DNA of 64,000 nucleotides. Source: Paraspadella gotoi (Eukaryota > Animalia > Chaetognatha). The notes below the pieces were generated by a model that was not told the DNA's origin, searched no databases, and was given only the letters and a program-made list of their open reading frames with translations. The stretch spans positions 28,090,182 through 28,154,181 of the forward strand of contig CM119265.1 in the NCBI GenBank assembly GCA_051294375.1. The letters run 5' to 3'. A program made the translations under genes and the position numbers. Positions 47,680 through 61,465 of this stretch are shown in pieces (position 1 is the first letter of the stretch; each line of letters opens with the position of its first letter).

Positions 47680-50600
47680 TCTCACCGATCGCCATTGTGT
47701 TGTACTGCGATCTGTGCCACAATCGCCATGGAGCGTATTTGCAAGCTGTGCCAAGGATGTGCGGTCCCGGCCTTAAGTTGAAAAATTGTCGGATCACAAG
47801 ATTTTTTTAAAAAATGATATCGTATAAAATGTAAGACACTAACCTAAAATCTAGTTTTATCTGGTCTGTTCTTTCCGCTTTCTTATATTTATATTTACCC
47901 AGCGAGTCTCTCTGTCTGTTTGTCTGTCTTTCTCTCTCTATCGGGCTAGTCAGCACCGACCTCACTGTCCATCTCTCTCTGCCTGTAAAAAGTCTAGTAA
48001 TATTTTTATTTATCTTCTTGGTCTGTCTCGTTCTGAGGATCTAAGTCCGTCTATCCTCATCTGTCAGTCCCATCATCCGTTTCTCTCTGGAATTTCTTTG
48101 CTAATCTCGCCTGTCATCTTTCTCATATGTTAATCTCGCTTGTCATCTATCCTTTTTGTTAATCTCGCCTGTCACTTTCCCTTTGGCTAATCTGCTTCGG
48201 TTCATCGATTCTCTTTAATGTTATCTCGCCTGTTCATCGCTTCTCTTTAGTTAATCTCGCCTTTCATCTAATTCCCTTTTGCTAATCTCACCCTTCATCC
48301 TATTCCCTTTAGTTAATCTCGCCTGTCATCGGCCCTTTTGCTAATCTCGCCCTTAGCCATCGCATTCTTCTTTAGTTAATCTCGCCTGTCATCAATTCCT
48401 CTTTAGTAATCTCGACTGTCATCAATTCTCTTTAGTTAATCTCGCCTGTCATCTGTTCCCTTTTCGCTAATCTCGCCTCGTCATTTTGTTCTCTTTTGTT
48501 AATCTTGCCCTGTTCATTCCATTCTCTTTATTTAATGCCTCCACCGTCATCGATTCCCTTTTCGTTAATCTCGCCTGTCATTGATTCCCTTTTTGTTAAT
48601 CATCGCCTGTCATCGATTCTTTTAGCTAATCTCGCCTATCATCGATTCCTTTGCAATCTCGGCCTATCATCGATTCCCTTTTGCTAATCTCTGCCTATCC
48701 ATCTATTCCCTTCTTGCTATCTCGCCTGTCATCGCATTCCCTTTTGCTAATTTCGCCTGTCACCGTAATTCCCTTTGCTAAATCTCGCCTATCATCGATT
48801 CCCTTTGTGCTAAGCTCGCCTATCATCTAATCCCTTTTTATCTCGCGCCTGTCATCGATTCCCGCTGCGTTTTTTTCGTTAAAGTGTAGATTCGGCCCAT
48901 GGACTAATCAGTTTCTTCGCAAGGCTGGTAGAAGGGACTGAGATAGATAGCTATAGATAGATAGATAGATAGAAATCTCCTCTCTCTTTTGTGTTGTATT
49001 GATCGTGCCAACAATCGCATGGGCAGTATTTGCAAGTGTGCCAAGGATTGGGTCCCGGCCTTAAAGTAAAATGTCGGATCACAAGATTTTTAAAAATGAT
49101 ATCGTATAAAATGTAGACACTAACTAAAATCTAGTTTTATCTGTCTGTCTTTCCGCTTGTCTTTATTATTTATATTTACCAGCGAGTCTCTCTGTCTGTT
49201 TGTCTGTCTTTCTCTCTCTATCGGGCAGTCAGCACGACTCACTGTCCATCTCTCTCTGCCTGTAAGTCTAGTAATATTTTTATTTATCTTCTTGTCTGTC
49301 CGTCTGAGGATCTAAGTCCGTCTATCCGTCATTCTGTCAGTCCATCTATCCGTTTCTCTCTGTAATTTTTGCTAATCTCGCCTGTCATCTATTCTCTATT
49401 GTTAATCTCGCTTGTCATCTATTCCTTTTTGTTAATCTCGCCTGTCATCTATTCCCTTTTGCTAATCTTGCTTGTCATCGATTCTCTTTAGTTAATCTCG
49501 CCTGTCATCGGTTCTCTTTAGTTAATCTCGCCTGTCATCTATTCCCTTTTGCTAATCTCACCTGTCATCTATTCCCTTTAGTTAATCTCGAATCTTGGCC
49601 TGTCAGTCAAATTCGCTTTATTTAATCCATCAGGGCCCTGTTAAGTTGATTGCCCCTGTGTATGTTAATGCTTCCTGTCATCCGGATTCCCTTTTGTTAA
49701 TTGGCGGTCGGCGCCTGGTCATCGGATTTCCTTTTGCTAATCTCGCCTATCGATCAGATTTTCCTTTGACTAATCCTCGCCTATCATCTCGCGATTCCCT
49801 GTTTGCCTAATCTCCGCCTATCATTTCTATTGCGCTTTTGCTAATCTTCGCCGTGTCATCCGGATTCCTTTGCTGCTATCTCGCGCTGGTCATGCGATTG
49901 CACGCTTTTTGCTAAATCTCGTCTATCATGCGGATTCCCTTCTTGCGAATGCTCTGCTATGCATACTATCCCTTTCGCTAATCTCGAAGCCTGTCNNNNN
50001 NNNNNNNNNNNNNNNNNNNNCCTGTCATCGGCCCTTTTGCTAATCTCGCCCTTAGCCATCGCATTCTTCTTTAGTTAATCTCGCCTGTCATCAATTCCTC
50101 TTTAGTAATCTCGACTGTCATCAATTCTCTTTAGTTAATCTCGCCTGTCATCTGTTCCCTTTTCGCTAATCTCGCCTCGTCATTTTGTTCTCTTTTGTTA
50201 ATCTTGCCCTGTTCATTCCATTCTCTTTATTTAATCCATCCAGGCCGTAAGTTGATTCCCTTGTATGTTAATCTTCCTGTCATCGATTCCCTTTTGTTAA
50301 TGGCATCCGCCTGGTCATCGGATTCCTTTTGCTAATCTCGCCTATCATCGATTTCCTTTGCAATCTCGGCCTATCATTGCGATTCCCTGTTTGCTAATCT
50401 CTCGCCTATCCATTCTATTGCGCTTCTTGCTATCTTCGCCGTGTCATCCGATTCCTTTCTGCTAATTCTCGCGCTGGTCACGCGATTGCCCTTTGCTAAA
50501 TCTCGTCTATCATGCGATTCCCTTTGTGCTGAATGCTCTGCCTATCATACTATCCCTTTTGTATCTCGCGCCTGTCCATCGATTCCCGCTGCGTTTTTTT

Positions 50601-50836
50601 TCGTAACGTTGTAGATGTCGGGCCATGGACTTAATCAGTTTCTCGCAAGGCTCGGTAGAAGGGACTGAGATAGATAGCAAGAGTAAAGATAATAGATTAG
50701 ATAGATAGATAGAAATCTCCTCTCTCTTTTCCCTTTTGCTAATCTCGCCTGTCATCGATTCCCGCTGCGTTTTTTCGTAAAGTGTAGATGTCGGCCCATG
50801 GACTAATCAGTTTCTCGAAGCTGGTAGAAGGGACTG

Positions 50837-50919
<83 letters not shown>

Positions 50920-50924
50920 GAGAC

Positions 50925-50975
<51 letters not shown>

Positions 50976-53900
50976 GAAAGAGCGATAGAGAGAGAGAGAC
51001 ACCTGTGAGATAATTTTAGGAACGAAAAGCTAATGACATTGTTAATGAAAAACGACAAATGACGACGACGACGNNNNNNNNNNCGACGACGATAATAATA
51101 TCATTGAAGACGCAAAAATAAAAATAGGAATACAAATTAAGAGAAAAGTTTAGTTTCGTTTTCGTCTGCTAATGACTTTTTTTTTCTAACTTTTTTTACG
51201 GAAAACAAATTATTTTTTACTTAAAAAATAGTAAATACCTAAAAATCTTGCCTTAATATATGTTTTAATAAATATATCTCATAGTTTTTTTAAAAAAATA
51301 GTTTAGTCTTTCTGTACATTTCAGCATTTGTGGCAAAGCTAACTAAATGTATTCATGTTATACAGCTTTATGTTTCTAATCTTTTCTCTACTTAACTGAT
51401 TACAAAATCCCGTCTCTTAGTCAACTTATTACTCAATTTATATATCTCACTATGTCTACATATTTTAACAAACAACTCCCTCTCTTTCATACCCCCTCAG
51501 GGCCCTCACCCCCTCAACTTTCCCCAGCCGCACAACATCAACCGACCGGTGTAAGACTCGTCTTTCTCCATCAACTTTTCTCTATTTCGTCCAGGGATAA
51601 AAGGTGGCGCTTTTCCCTCTCGCCATTTTCGGCGTCTGCCGATCGGGGGAAAAAATGCTTAATTTATAAATGATTAATGAATGGTGATGTTTAATAATAA
51701 TAGATAAAATTTTAAAAAAAAGATAATGATAATGATTAATGAATGGTAAAGTTTAATAATAATAGATGAAATTTAAACAAAAGGGGCGTTAAGTCGCGGT
51801 GCACAGTCTCGTGGAAAATTTTATTCANNNNNNNNNNNNNNNNNNNNNNNNNTAATGGAGAATGAGAGAGAAGAGAGAGAAGAGAGAGAGGGGTTAGAAG
51901 AGAAGAAATACGCGAAGAGAGAGCGAGAGTTGAAAGAGAAAGGGGCCGAGACCCAGCAATCCGGGAGACGGACAGATCTGACCACCATACATCCGCACCC
52001 GATTGACAAGGCGAATCCGACGCGACAAAGACACTCTTTATTCATTCTCCGCTCTCTCTCTTTCTCTCCTCTCTATATATATATACAAACAAGACAACGA
52101 TTTAGATTCTAGTGTGAATCACTGCTTAGACTGTTCATACTACTTTCTTTAGCAAAGTTTCTACTTACGTTTTTTCACTGAAGATTTAATCAACGATTTC
52201 ATTGTAATTTGATTTCTCCTTCGACATAATTGCATTCATTCATTTAGCGATTTGACGATTTTCTATCAGATTTTGCCTGTTTTCTACATTTTTTTTACAT
52301 TTTTTCCTTTTTCATTTTCGCGTTATTTCTTCTGAACTTTCGAGCTTCAGCTTAACACATTATAAAACGTTTGGGATAATTTGTGCGTCAGATAAGTTGC
52401 GACCAAAGTGGTACCATCTTCACCTCAAGAGGTGGAGGAGCGCGGAGCGTTCTCTACAGAGTTAGAGAGATGATAGAGAGAGTTAGAGAGAGAGAGAGAG
52501 AGAGAGTATAACGCGCAGAGAGTGGAGAGTCTGCACCGATGACTGTGTGTGTATTGATGCGTGCCAACATAGAGGCAATAGGAGAGATATATATGAGCAA
52601 GTGTGCCAAAGGATTGGGATCCCGGCATTAAAGTAAAAATGTCGGATCGTAACAAGGATCTTTTCAAAAAAATGATATCCGTATTAGAGGAGTGAGACAC
52701 TAACTAATGCTAGTTTTTACTGCTCTGTCCTTTCCGGCTTTGTCTTTATTATCTTATATTCATCATATATATATATATATCAGGAGCAGATCAGGACTCC
52801 ACTGTCCAGGCGTCTCTCTGCCTGTAACGTCTAGTAATATTTTTTATTTAATCTTCTTGTCCTGTCCGTCTGAGGACTCTAAGTCCGTCTTATCCGTCAT
52901 TGCGTGCAGGTGCCGGAGTGGCAGCGTTTCTCTTTCTGTAATTTTTGCTCTAAATGCCTCGGCCTGTCATACTATTCTCTTTTGTTAATGCTCGCTTGTC
53001 ATCTATTAATATAATAATAGCCCTGTCATCCTATTCCCCTTTATGCTTAATCTTTGAGCTTGTCCATCGGATTCTCCTTTAGTTATATCTCGGGCACATA
53101 GATATAATCAGGAATATATTATATAGATATATATACAGCCTGTCATCGTAATTCGCCTTCTTTGCTAATCTTAACCTGTCAATCTATTCCCTTTAAGTTA
53201 ATCCCTCGTCGGCCTAGTCATACGGGTCCACATTTTGCTAATCACTAGCCATGCAATCGATTCTCCATTAGTTAATCTCGCCTGTCATCAATTCTATATA
53301 TATCAGACGTCCTCAATTCTCTTTAGTTAAATCTCGCCTGTCATGCTGGTGCGCCCTTTTGCTAATCCTCGCCTGTCATTTATTCTCTTTTGTTAATCTT
53401 GCCTGTCATCAATTCCGCTTTTATTGTAATCTCACCTGTCTCATTCTTTTGTTAATCTCAGGCCTAGTCATCGATATACTTTTGTTAATCTGCCTGTCAA
53501 CTCAATCTCCTGCTTTTTAGTTAAATCGCGCCTTTCATGCTGTTCCGCGTCTTTGCGTAATCTGGCCTGTGCATTTATGTCGCTGCTTTTAATCTTGCCT
53601 GTCGTCAATTCCTTTTATTTAATCTCGACCTGTTATTTGATTCCCTATTTGTTAATGCTCGCGCTGTCATCCGATTCCGACTTTTTGTGTTATTCATTCG
53701 CCTGTCATCGATTCCTTTTTGGATCTTCCGCCTAATCATGCGATTTGCGTGTGTGCGTGAGATCTTGCGCCTATCCAATGCGATTTCCCTTTTGCTGGAG
53801 GAGTGCGTCGCCTATCATGCGTATTCCCAGTTTTGCTAATCTCGCGCTGTCTCTAAACTGCAGATTCGCCCTTTTGCTAATGCTCATCGCTGTCTCGTTC

Positions 53901-55050
53901 CCTTTTGCTATCTCAGTTATCTGTATCCTTATGCATATTCGCCTTCATCATTCCTTTCGAGCTTCTCGGGCCTGGTCGATTCGCTGCGATTTTTTTTGTA
54001 AAGTGTAAAGATGTCGGCCCATGGATACTAAAATAGTTTCTCGATAGGCATGGTAGAAGGACTGAGATAGTTAGATATAGATAGATAGATAGAGATAGAT
54101 CTAGATAAGATAGATAATAGAAGAATGACTAGGAAGAAGAGAGAGAGTAGGAGAGAGAGAGAGAGGAAGAGAGAGGAGAGGGAGAGAGAGAAAGAGCGAT
54201 AGAGAGAGAGAGACACCTGTGAGATAATTTAGGAACAAAAGCTTAATGACATTGTTAATGAAAAAACGACAATGAACGACGACGAACGACAGACACGACG
54301 ACGACTGAAAAAATCATTTGAACACGCAAAACAAATAAAAATAGGAATACAAATTAGAAGAGAAAAGTTTAGTTCGTTTTGTCTGCTAATGACTTTTTTT
54401 TCTAACATTTTTTTAAACGGAAAACAATTTTTTTATTACTTAAAATAAAGTAAATTACCTAAAAACTCTTCGCTCTAAAGTATATTGTGTTTAATAAATA
54501 TACTCCATAGTTTTTAAAGAAATAGTTTAAGTACTTTATCTGTACACTTTCAGCATTTGTGGCAAAGCCAACTAAATGTATTCATGTTTATAGCAGCTAT
54601 TAATGTTTCACTATTGTCTCCTATGCTTTAACTGATTGACAAATGCCCGTCTCTTAAGCAACTGATTAGCTCAATTTAATATCTCACAGTTTACATATTT
54701 AACAACACTCCCGCTCTTTCATACCACCACTCAGCCCTCATCCCCACTTTCCCAGTCCGCACAACATCAACCGCCGTAGGTGTAAGACTGTCTTTCTCCA
54801 TCAACTTTCTCTAATTTCGTCAGGGAGAAAGGGGCGCTTTCACCTCTCGCCATTTCGGCCGTCTTCGCCGATCGAGGGAAAAAAATGCTCAATTTATAAA
54901 TGATTATATGAATGGTATGTGTAGTCGGGCATTGCCTAAGGTTAAAATAATAGATAAATTTAAAAAACTGAATAATCGATAATTGATAATGATTAATGAA
55001 TGGTAAAGTTTAATAATAATAGATAAAATTTAAACAAAAGGGGCGTTAAC
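47680..55050. repeat. About three noisy copies of a unit containing a 30-bp satellite (GCTAATCTCGCCTGTCATCGATTCCCTTTT)
   Basis: Satellite blocks at ~48095-48860, ~49370-50760 and ~52960-53980. Shared lead-in GTGCCAAGGAT...GTCGGATC at ~47748, ~49037 and ~52602. 50760-51790 is repeated at 53980-55050. Confidence 0.9.
50739..50820 (-). CDS. Candidate terminal exon [26 protein letters not shown]-stop
   Basis: Long (TC)n/(TATC)n tract plus CCCTTCTACCAG acceptor on -. Only one frame is open and its stop falls in the first satellite unit. Confidence 0.35.
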
Positions 55051-55780
55051 CTAATGTTGAAATTATGACAGTAAAAATAATTCTAATTGCCTGAAGCTTT
55101 TATTATGAATTAGTACAACCAATATAAAATTATCCATTCATTTAATAAATAAACTATCTTGCCCCTGCCTTTGGAAAGGCTTTGCTGGTTTAAAGCGTCA
55201 CATGGGAACCCGCAAGCTTTCAATCAAGACTCTCAAACTCAAGTTTATTCACTCCCAGATTTCAAAGAATGTTATTTTATATTATTTTATAATATATTAT
55301 TTTACTTAATATTGGATGACTTCATTTCGTCGTGAAGAAATTCAATTTCGTTCTAAAATAAAATTAAAAGAAAATTAGAGAAAATACAAGAATTACATTT
55401 TTTTATTAGTCTCTTATTTAGTACTTTGTAAACGAAATAGTTTTAGTTACTAGTATTTACCTTCTCATTAAAAGTTTNNNNNNNNNNNNNNNNNNNNNNN
55501 NNNNNNNNNNNNNNNNNNNNNNNNNNNNNNNNNNNNNNNNNNNNNNNNNNNNNNNNNNNNNNNNNNNNNNNNNNNNNNNNNNNNNNNNNNNNNNNNNNNN
55601 NNNNNNNNNNNNNNNNNNNNNNNNNNNNNNNNNNNNNNNNNNNNNNNNNNNNNNNNNNNNNNNNNNNNNNNNNNNNNNNNNNNNNNNNNNNNNNNNNNNN
55701 NNNNNNNNNNNNNNNNNNNNNNNNNNNNNNNNNNNNNNNNNNNNNNNNNNNNNNNNNNNNNNNNNNNNNNNNNNNNNNNN

Positions 55781-55968
55781 CCCCTTCCTCTCTCTCTCTA
55801 ACCAGCAACTGTTTCTCTCTCAATTTCATCTCCTCTTCTCTCTTCTCGTGCTCTCTCTTCAAAGTCGTCAGCTCATGTATTTCCTTCAAATTCTGAACTT
55901 CCTTCAGCGATTGCACGGATTGCAATGACTGCAATGATTGCGTGGAATCCGCTTTGCGCTCCTTCCGC
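55781..55968 (-). CDS. Internal exon of an unidentified coiled-coil protein (RKERKADSTQSLQSLQSVQSLKEVQNLKEIHELTTLKREHEKREEEMKLREKQLL...), running into a gap
   Basis: CATCAG acceptor, protein-like translation, phase 2 start compatible with the exon at 57747-57826. Confidence 0.6.
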
Positions 55969-57746
55969 CTGATGGTAGTAGTAGTAATAGTACAGAACAT
56001 TTGATTGTATTTCAATTGTAATATCACAACTGAATGAAAAAAAAGAAAAGGACTAATTCACTCATAACTTACAGAAATTAAATTTCAATGACAGAAAAAA
56101 AGTAAGAAAAAAAAAAGAAAAGAAATAGAAAAAAAAGTATTAGGAAAAGAAAAGAAAGAAAAAGGAAAAAGAAAAAGCATAAATTAAAAAATGAAGAAAG
56201 CAAAAAGAAAGACAATATTAGTCATTAATTGTCATTGTGTTGTAGAAAAAGTGTGTTATTTGAGCGTGGGAATATTTACAGCTCGATGGAATTAGAAGTG
56301 CCTACAATGAAGACTTGAGAAAATTAAAATCAAAACAACAACAACAAACAAATGTCTCAAAATAAATCCGTTTGTTTGCTATAATTCAAACTTTTTTCTC
56401 AATTGCCAAACGACACATAAGAGTGTTACAGTTAACATTCTTTTTTGTATTTTTCTTATAATATTGTTTTGTACCAATTTCATTTCATAAAAAATTATAA
56501 TCATTTGGATCAAAATAAAGAGAGACAGACAGAGAGAGCATGAGAGAGAGATGAGTTAGATATTACATATTCAGATATATATATATTCATGATATAAAAA
56601 TAGAAAAGAGAGAACAGAGTGTTTAGACAAAGACGAGAGAGAAAGAAAGTTGAGAGCAGATGATAATAAAAATAGAAAAAAAAAATTTAGGATGTGAGAA
56701 AGATGATTAGACGATACAAGGAGAGATAAAAGAGAGAGAGCAGATAGAGAGAGAAAAGCAGAGAGAAAGAGATGACAGAGATTCAGGCAGAGAGACAGAG
56801 ATTATCATGGAAAATTAAAACAAGGTACAGAGAGAGCGTAGAAAGAGAGGACAAAGAGATGAAGTTGAGAGCAAGCTAAAAATAGAAAAAAAAAATAATA
56901 GAGTGAGAACAGAGATTAAGAGATACAAAAGAGAGATTATAAGATGAGAGAGACGACTTTACGAGAGAGAGACAAGAGAGAAAGAGACGACCGAGACAGA
57001 GAGAGAAGATATACATGAAAATTAAAAAAATGGAGAGAGATGGTTAGAAAGAGGAGACAAAGAGAGAATAGTGAGAGACGAGATAAAAATAGAAAAAAAA
57101 AGAAATAGAGTGCAGAAAAAGATGAGAGATACAGATTGAAAGAGACGAGAGAGAGAGAGAGAGAGAGATAGATTAGAAAGAGAGCAGAGGAGGACGAGAC
57201 TGAAGAGAGAGAGGAGAGATGAATAATAGAAAAATAAAAAGAGAGAGGTGTAGACCCAGAGGAGAGACGAGAATTATAAAATAGAGGGATTTAGGAATGA
57301 ATCTTAAAATGCAAATAAACTTATTTTTATTTTTAAATTAGGCATTTGTTAAGGTTCGTATGTTTTTAGTTAAAAATATTATTTTATAACAAGGACTTAT
57401 GCTCATGAATTGATGATTCAGGGCGCCGAGGATAGGGCTTTCAAAACGTCAATCCCCATCAAAAATAGACGGCGGCGGTATTCGCCCGCTGTGGATAAAG
57501 GCAGAAGGCTTCAACCCTAGTAATCCCCGAGTGAAACAATAGTGGTAGGATTCCCAAAACAGAGCCGGAAAAAAAGACAGTTTTCCGTGAACAGGAAAGA
57601 CGGCGCAGTTGAAACTGTCCCCTCTTATAGCCAGTTTCAACAACTGCGCGCCCTTATCTTGGACCGGCGTCATACTTGAAAGAGCACTGAGAGCAGAGTG
57701 AGAGAGTAGAAACTGAGCNNNNNNNNNNNNNNNNNNNNNNNNNCAC

Positions 57747-57826
57747 TTGTCAGTAATGCGCTTGATGGCAGATGCTTTCTGCCGACGTTTTTTCTTGTCC
57801 AGAGAAATCTGCGAATCCGATTCGTC
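57747..57826 (-). CDS. Internal exon DESDSQISLDKKKRRQKASAIKRITDK
   Basis: CTTCTTGATTTCAG acceptor, 80 nt, phase 0/2, GT donor next to the gap. Confidence 0.6.
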
Positions 57827-58609
57827 CTGAAATCAAGAAGAGATAATTGGTTAATGATAGAAAATGGATAACGGGTTATTGGTTAAAGGGCATATAAATA
57901 TGCATTGTGCATGAACATTGGATCAAATATTAAATTTAACTGGTTAGTTTCTTTTTTTTTTCTTCACAGGTGGTAAATCCGTTAAAAATTTTTTTAAAAA
58001 ATTTACTAAATACATCGCTATGTACTAACCAAAATAAATTTGTTGGCAAAAATATTATTTAATGATAATATTTTTAATATGTTTTTAATCGTTTGATTTT
58101 AGTTTAAAACTATGAAAAGTATGTTTAGAAAGTAGAGATGAAATCAAATTTTACAGCAACTTGATTATCTGCAACCAAATTATTTAAGTTTGTTTGTATT
58201 CAATCGGTTTTTAAACTAACAGATCCTTTTGATGACGAAGACGNNNNNNNNNNNNNNNNNNNNNNNNNNNNNNNNNNNNNNNNNNNNNNNNNNNNNNNNN
58301 NNNNNNNNNNNNNNNNNNNNNNNNNNNNNNNNNNNNNNNNNNNNNNNNNNNNNNNNNNNNNNNNNNNNNNNNNNNNNNNNNNNNNNNNNNNNNNNNNNNN
58401 NNNNNNNNNNNNNNNNNNNNNNNNNNNNNNNNNNNNNNNNNNNNNNNNNNNNNNNNNNNNNNNNNNNNNNNNNNNNNNNNNNNNNNNNNNNNNNNNNNNN
58501 NNNNNNNNNNNNNNNNNNNNNNNNNNNNCTCTCTCTCTCTCTCTCTCACCACGCTCTTATTGATGGAAGAGGGAGTAATGACGATCGGAGCTGAAAAAAA
58601 AATTTATTA

Positions 58610-58644
58610 TATTATAATTATTATTATTATTAATATTATTATTA

Positions 58645-58720
<76 letters not shown>

Positions 58721-58760
58721 ATTATTAATATTATTATTATTATTTTATTATTATTAATAA
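58610..58760. repeat. (TTA)n microsatellite
   Basis: Directly visible. Confidence 0.95.
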
Positions 58761-59097
58761 TAGTTATTATATCTTGTATGAAAATATACAAAAGTTAATC
58801 TTAAAGATTAACGTTCTATTTTAATTTAAAAAAGATTTATAATAAAACAATGGTTTTCTGCAATACTATATTATCAATTAATTTTCTAACTTATTCTTTT
58901 CTACTTTAAACTAAATGTCAATTTGTATTCGTCGTGGTTAAACTTGAAAAAAAAAGATTTTTACGATTTTATACGAAAATCTCTCTCTCTCTCTCTCTCT
59001 CCCTCTCCCTCTCTCCCGCACCGATTGAATTCCGGCGTCTCCGTTTGTAACGCGTTGTTCTCTTATTTGTTCTAATGTTTGTTCTTTTGTTTATCAC

Positions 59098-59181
59098 CTC
59101 GTTCTCTGTTTGTTCGTTCCCGGTAGGGGGCCAAGTAAGTCGCCGACGACCCGAACGGCAATTTCTCTTGCTCCGTCGCTT
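59098..59181 (-). CDS. Candidate exon KRRSKRNCRSGRRRLTWPPTGNEQTENE
   Basis: CCCTTTTTTTTCCAG acceptor, 84 nt, GAG|GTGATA donor. Phase 0 fits the next exon, but all three frames are open. Confidence 0.4.
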
Positions 59182-60317
59182 CTGGAAAAAAAAGGGAGGA
59201 TTGGGGGTATAGATTTGGGGTCGGGAAGGGGTGGGGGATTATGAAGGGAGAGAAAGGAGTAAGGAGGAAGGGGAGAAAAGGTTGGGGATTTTTTTAATTT
59301 TGAAATTGAAGGTTCTGAGATGATAATTTGGAAATGGTGGAGAGAGAGAAAGAGAGAGTGAGGGAGAGAGGGAGAGAAAGAGNNNNNNNNNNNNNNNNNN
59401 NNNNNNNNNNNNNNNNNNNNNNNNNNNNNNNNNNNNNNNNNNNNNNNNNNNNNNNNNNNNNNNNNNNNNNNNNNNNNNNNNNNNNNNNNNNNNNNNNNNN
59501 NNNNNNNNNNNNNNNNNNNNNNNNNNNNNNGAGAGAGAGAGAGAGAGAGAGAAGAAACACAGATAGAGGAAAGAAACTATCAGACTTAACAACCAGACAA
59601 AAAAGGCAGGTAGATAGAAAGACTGAAAAAACGAGAGACTAACACATAGATACAGAGTCAGACTGACCGAGATTCTGATAGTGAGACAGATAGATAAAAA
59701 GGAATAAAACAAATTGACAGACAAACAGACAAACTCTTAGACATATAGAGACAGATTCTCACCTCTCACGTTCATCCTTTCTATTTTCCTTTTCGTTCTC
59801 AACTTTAAATTTCCCTTTTCCTTCATCTCTTTTATTTTCTTATGTGATGGAGAGACTAGTCCTCTTTCTCCAGCCCGTGCTGGGGTTATCTGAGATGGGG
59901 ACCTGGATGAAGGTCAGATTAGAACCGGTATATTATTTGATGTTGAGATGCTGGGAGAAATATGATATTTAAACATTAATTCATATCTTAGTATAAAAAC
60001 TTGTAATAATATGATCGTCGTGTTTCCTTAAAAATGATTATGAATATGAATTATGAATTATGAATTATGAACTAAAGAAGGATTTGACGATACGATGAAT
60101 AAAAGAACAACAAAAATTCCAAAGCAGTCAATATTATTTTCTCAAACCGCATAATTTATGTTCCAAATGACTAAAGCATATTTTAAACGGTATAATTAAT
60201 TATATTCAATAATTTTGTATGTTTAACTAAACCGATATAACCCAAATTACTAAAACGTCTCTCCCTAAACTAATCCTAAAACTTAACGCTCATACCTGAA
60301 CCCAATGCCGAAAAAAA

Positions 60318-60432
60318 GGCCTTGTCAACAAGCAATGACCTTATCAAAAAGCAATGACCTTATCAACAAGCACTGGCCTTATCAACAAGCAATGGCCTTA
60401 TCAACAAGCAATAGTCTTTTCAACAAGCAATT
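60318..60432. repeat. 19-bp minisatellite (CCTTATCAACAAGCAATGG), about 6 copies
   Basis: Directly visible. Confidence 0.85.
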
Positions 60433-61044
60433 GTTTTCTTACTTTATTTTTTTTTTTCACATCGCGAACGAATTAAGTTTGATTCCGTAAAAGAGAAAAA
60501 TAAATTTAAATTTTTCCATCATTTTATTTTTCGTAATCTAATTTTAACATTTTATTTTATGAAGTTTAGTTTTGTACTTGTTACGCCGGTCATGACTAGA
60601 CCCGACCGCCGACGACGAGATGATATCTGACTGCCGCCTCGTCCGTTTCCCGCGAAGAAAAATATCGAATGTGAAGATAAAAGATATCGCGATTAATTTT
60701 AACGTTGGAAACGTCCAGAGAGAAAGAGAAATCGTGCCTCTCGAAAACCCGCGGACGTTAAACGCTTTTAACTNNNNNNNNNNNNNNNNNNNNNNNNNNN
60801 NNNNNNNNNNNNNNNNNNNNNNNNNNNNNNNNNNNNNNNNNNNNNNNNNNNNNNNNNNNNNNNNNNNNNNNNNNNNNNNNNNNNNNNNNNNNNNNNNNNN
60901 NNNNNNNNNNNNNNNNNNNNNNNNNNNNNNNNNNNNNNNNNNNNNNNNNNNNNNNNNNNNNNNNNNNNNNNNNNNNNNNNNNNNNNNNNNNNNNNNNNNN
61001 NNNNNNNNNNNNNNNNNNNNTTTAATCGGAAATTAAACTCGTTA

Positions 61045-61465
61045 ATTTCACCATCGATTTTATAAACTCATTGACGTCGCCATTTTTAATTGTTGATAAT
61101 TGTGGGTAACACAGTTCCAAAATCCTAACGTCCTTGATAAAGACTAAAGTCAGCCAATAAAAAGTACAGCAAATCGAGAGAGGCACGAATAGTAATTCTT
61201 ACTAATTATTAAATTTTAATAATAAAATATAATAAAAATATGNNNNNNNNNNATTTCACCATCGATTTCATAAACTCATTCACGTCGCCATTTTTAATTG
61301 TTGATAAATAAACTTACCCACCGTTCCAAAATCCTAACGTCCTTGATAAAGACTAAAATCAGCCAATAAAAAGTACAGCAAATCGAGAGAGGCACGAACA
61401 GTACTTCTTACTAATTATTAAATTTTAATAATTGACAAAATAATTTATATAATAAAAATATGTTT
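61045..61465. repeat. ~200 bp direct duplication across a 10-N gap
   Basis: ATTTCACCATCGATTT...AGCCAATAAAAAGTACAGC occurs at 61045 and 61253. Confidence 0.85.

Noticed and set aside
48095-53980. CRISPR-like array of 30-bp repeats
   Set aside because: Units are contiguous with no unique spacers, there are no cas genes, and the context is eukaryotic.
57420-57690. GC-richer island with a 74 aa ORF (possible foreign DNA)
   Set aside because: No recognisable motif, and it lies at the noisy end of a gap-fill segment next to a 25-N gap, so no call can be supported.
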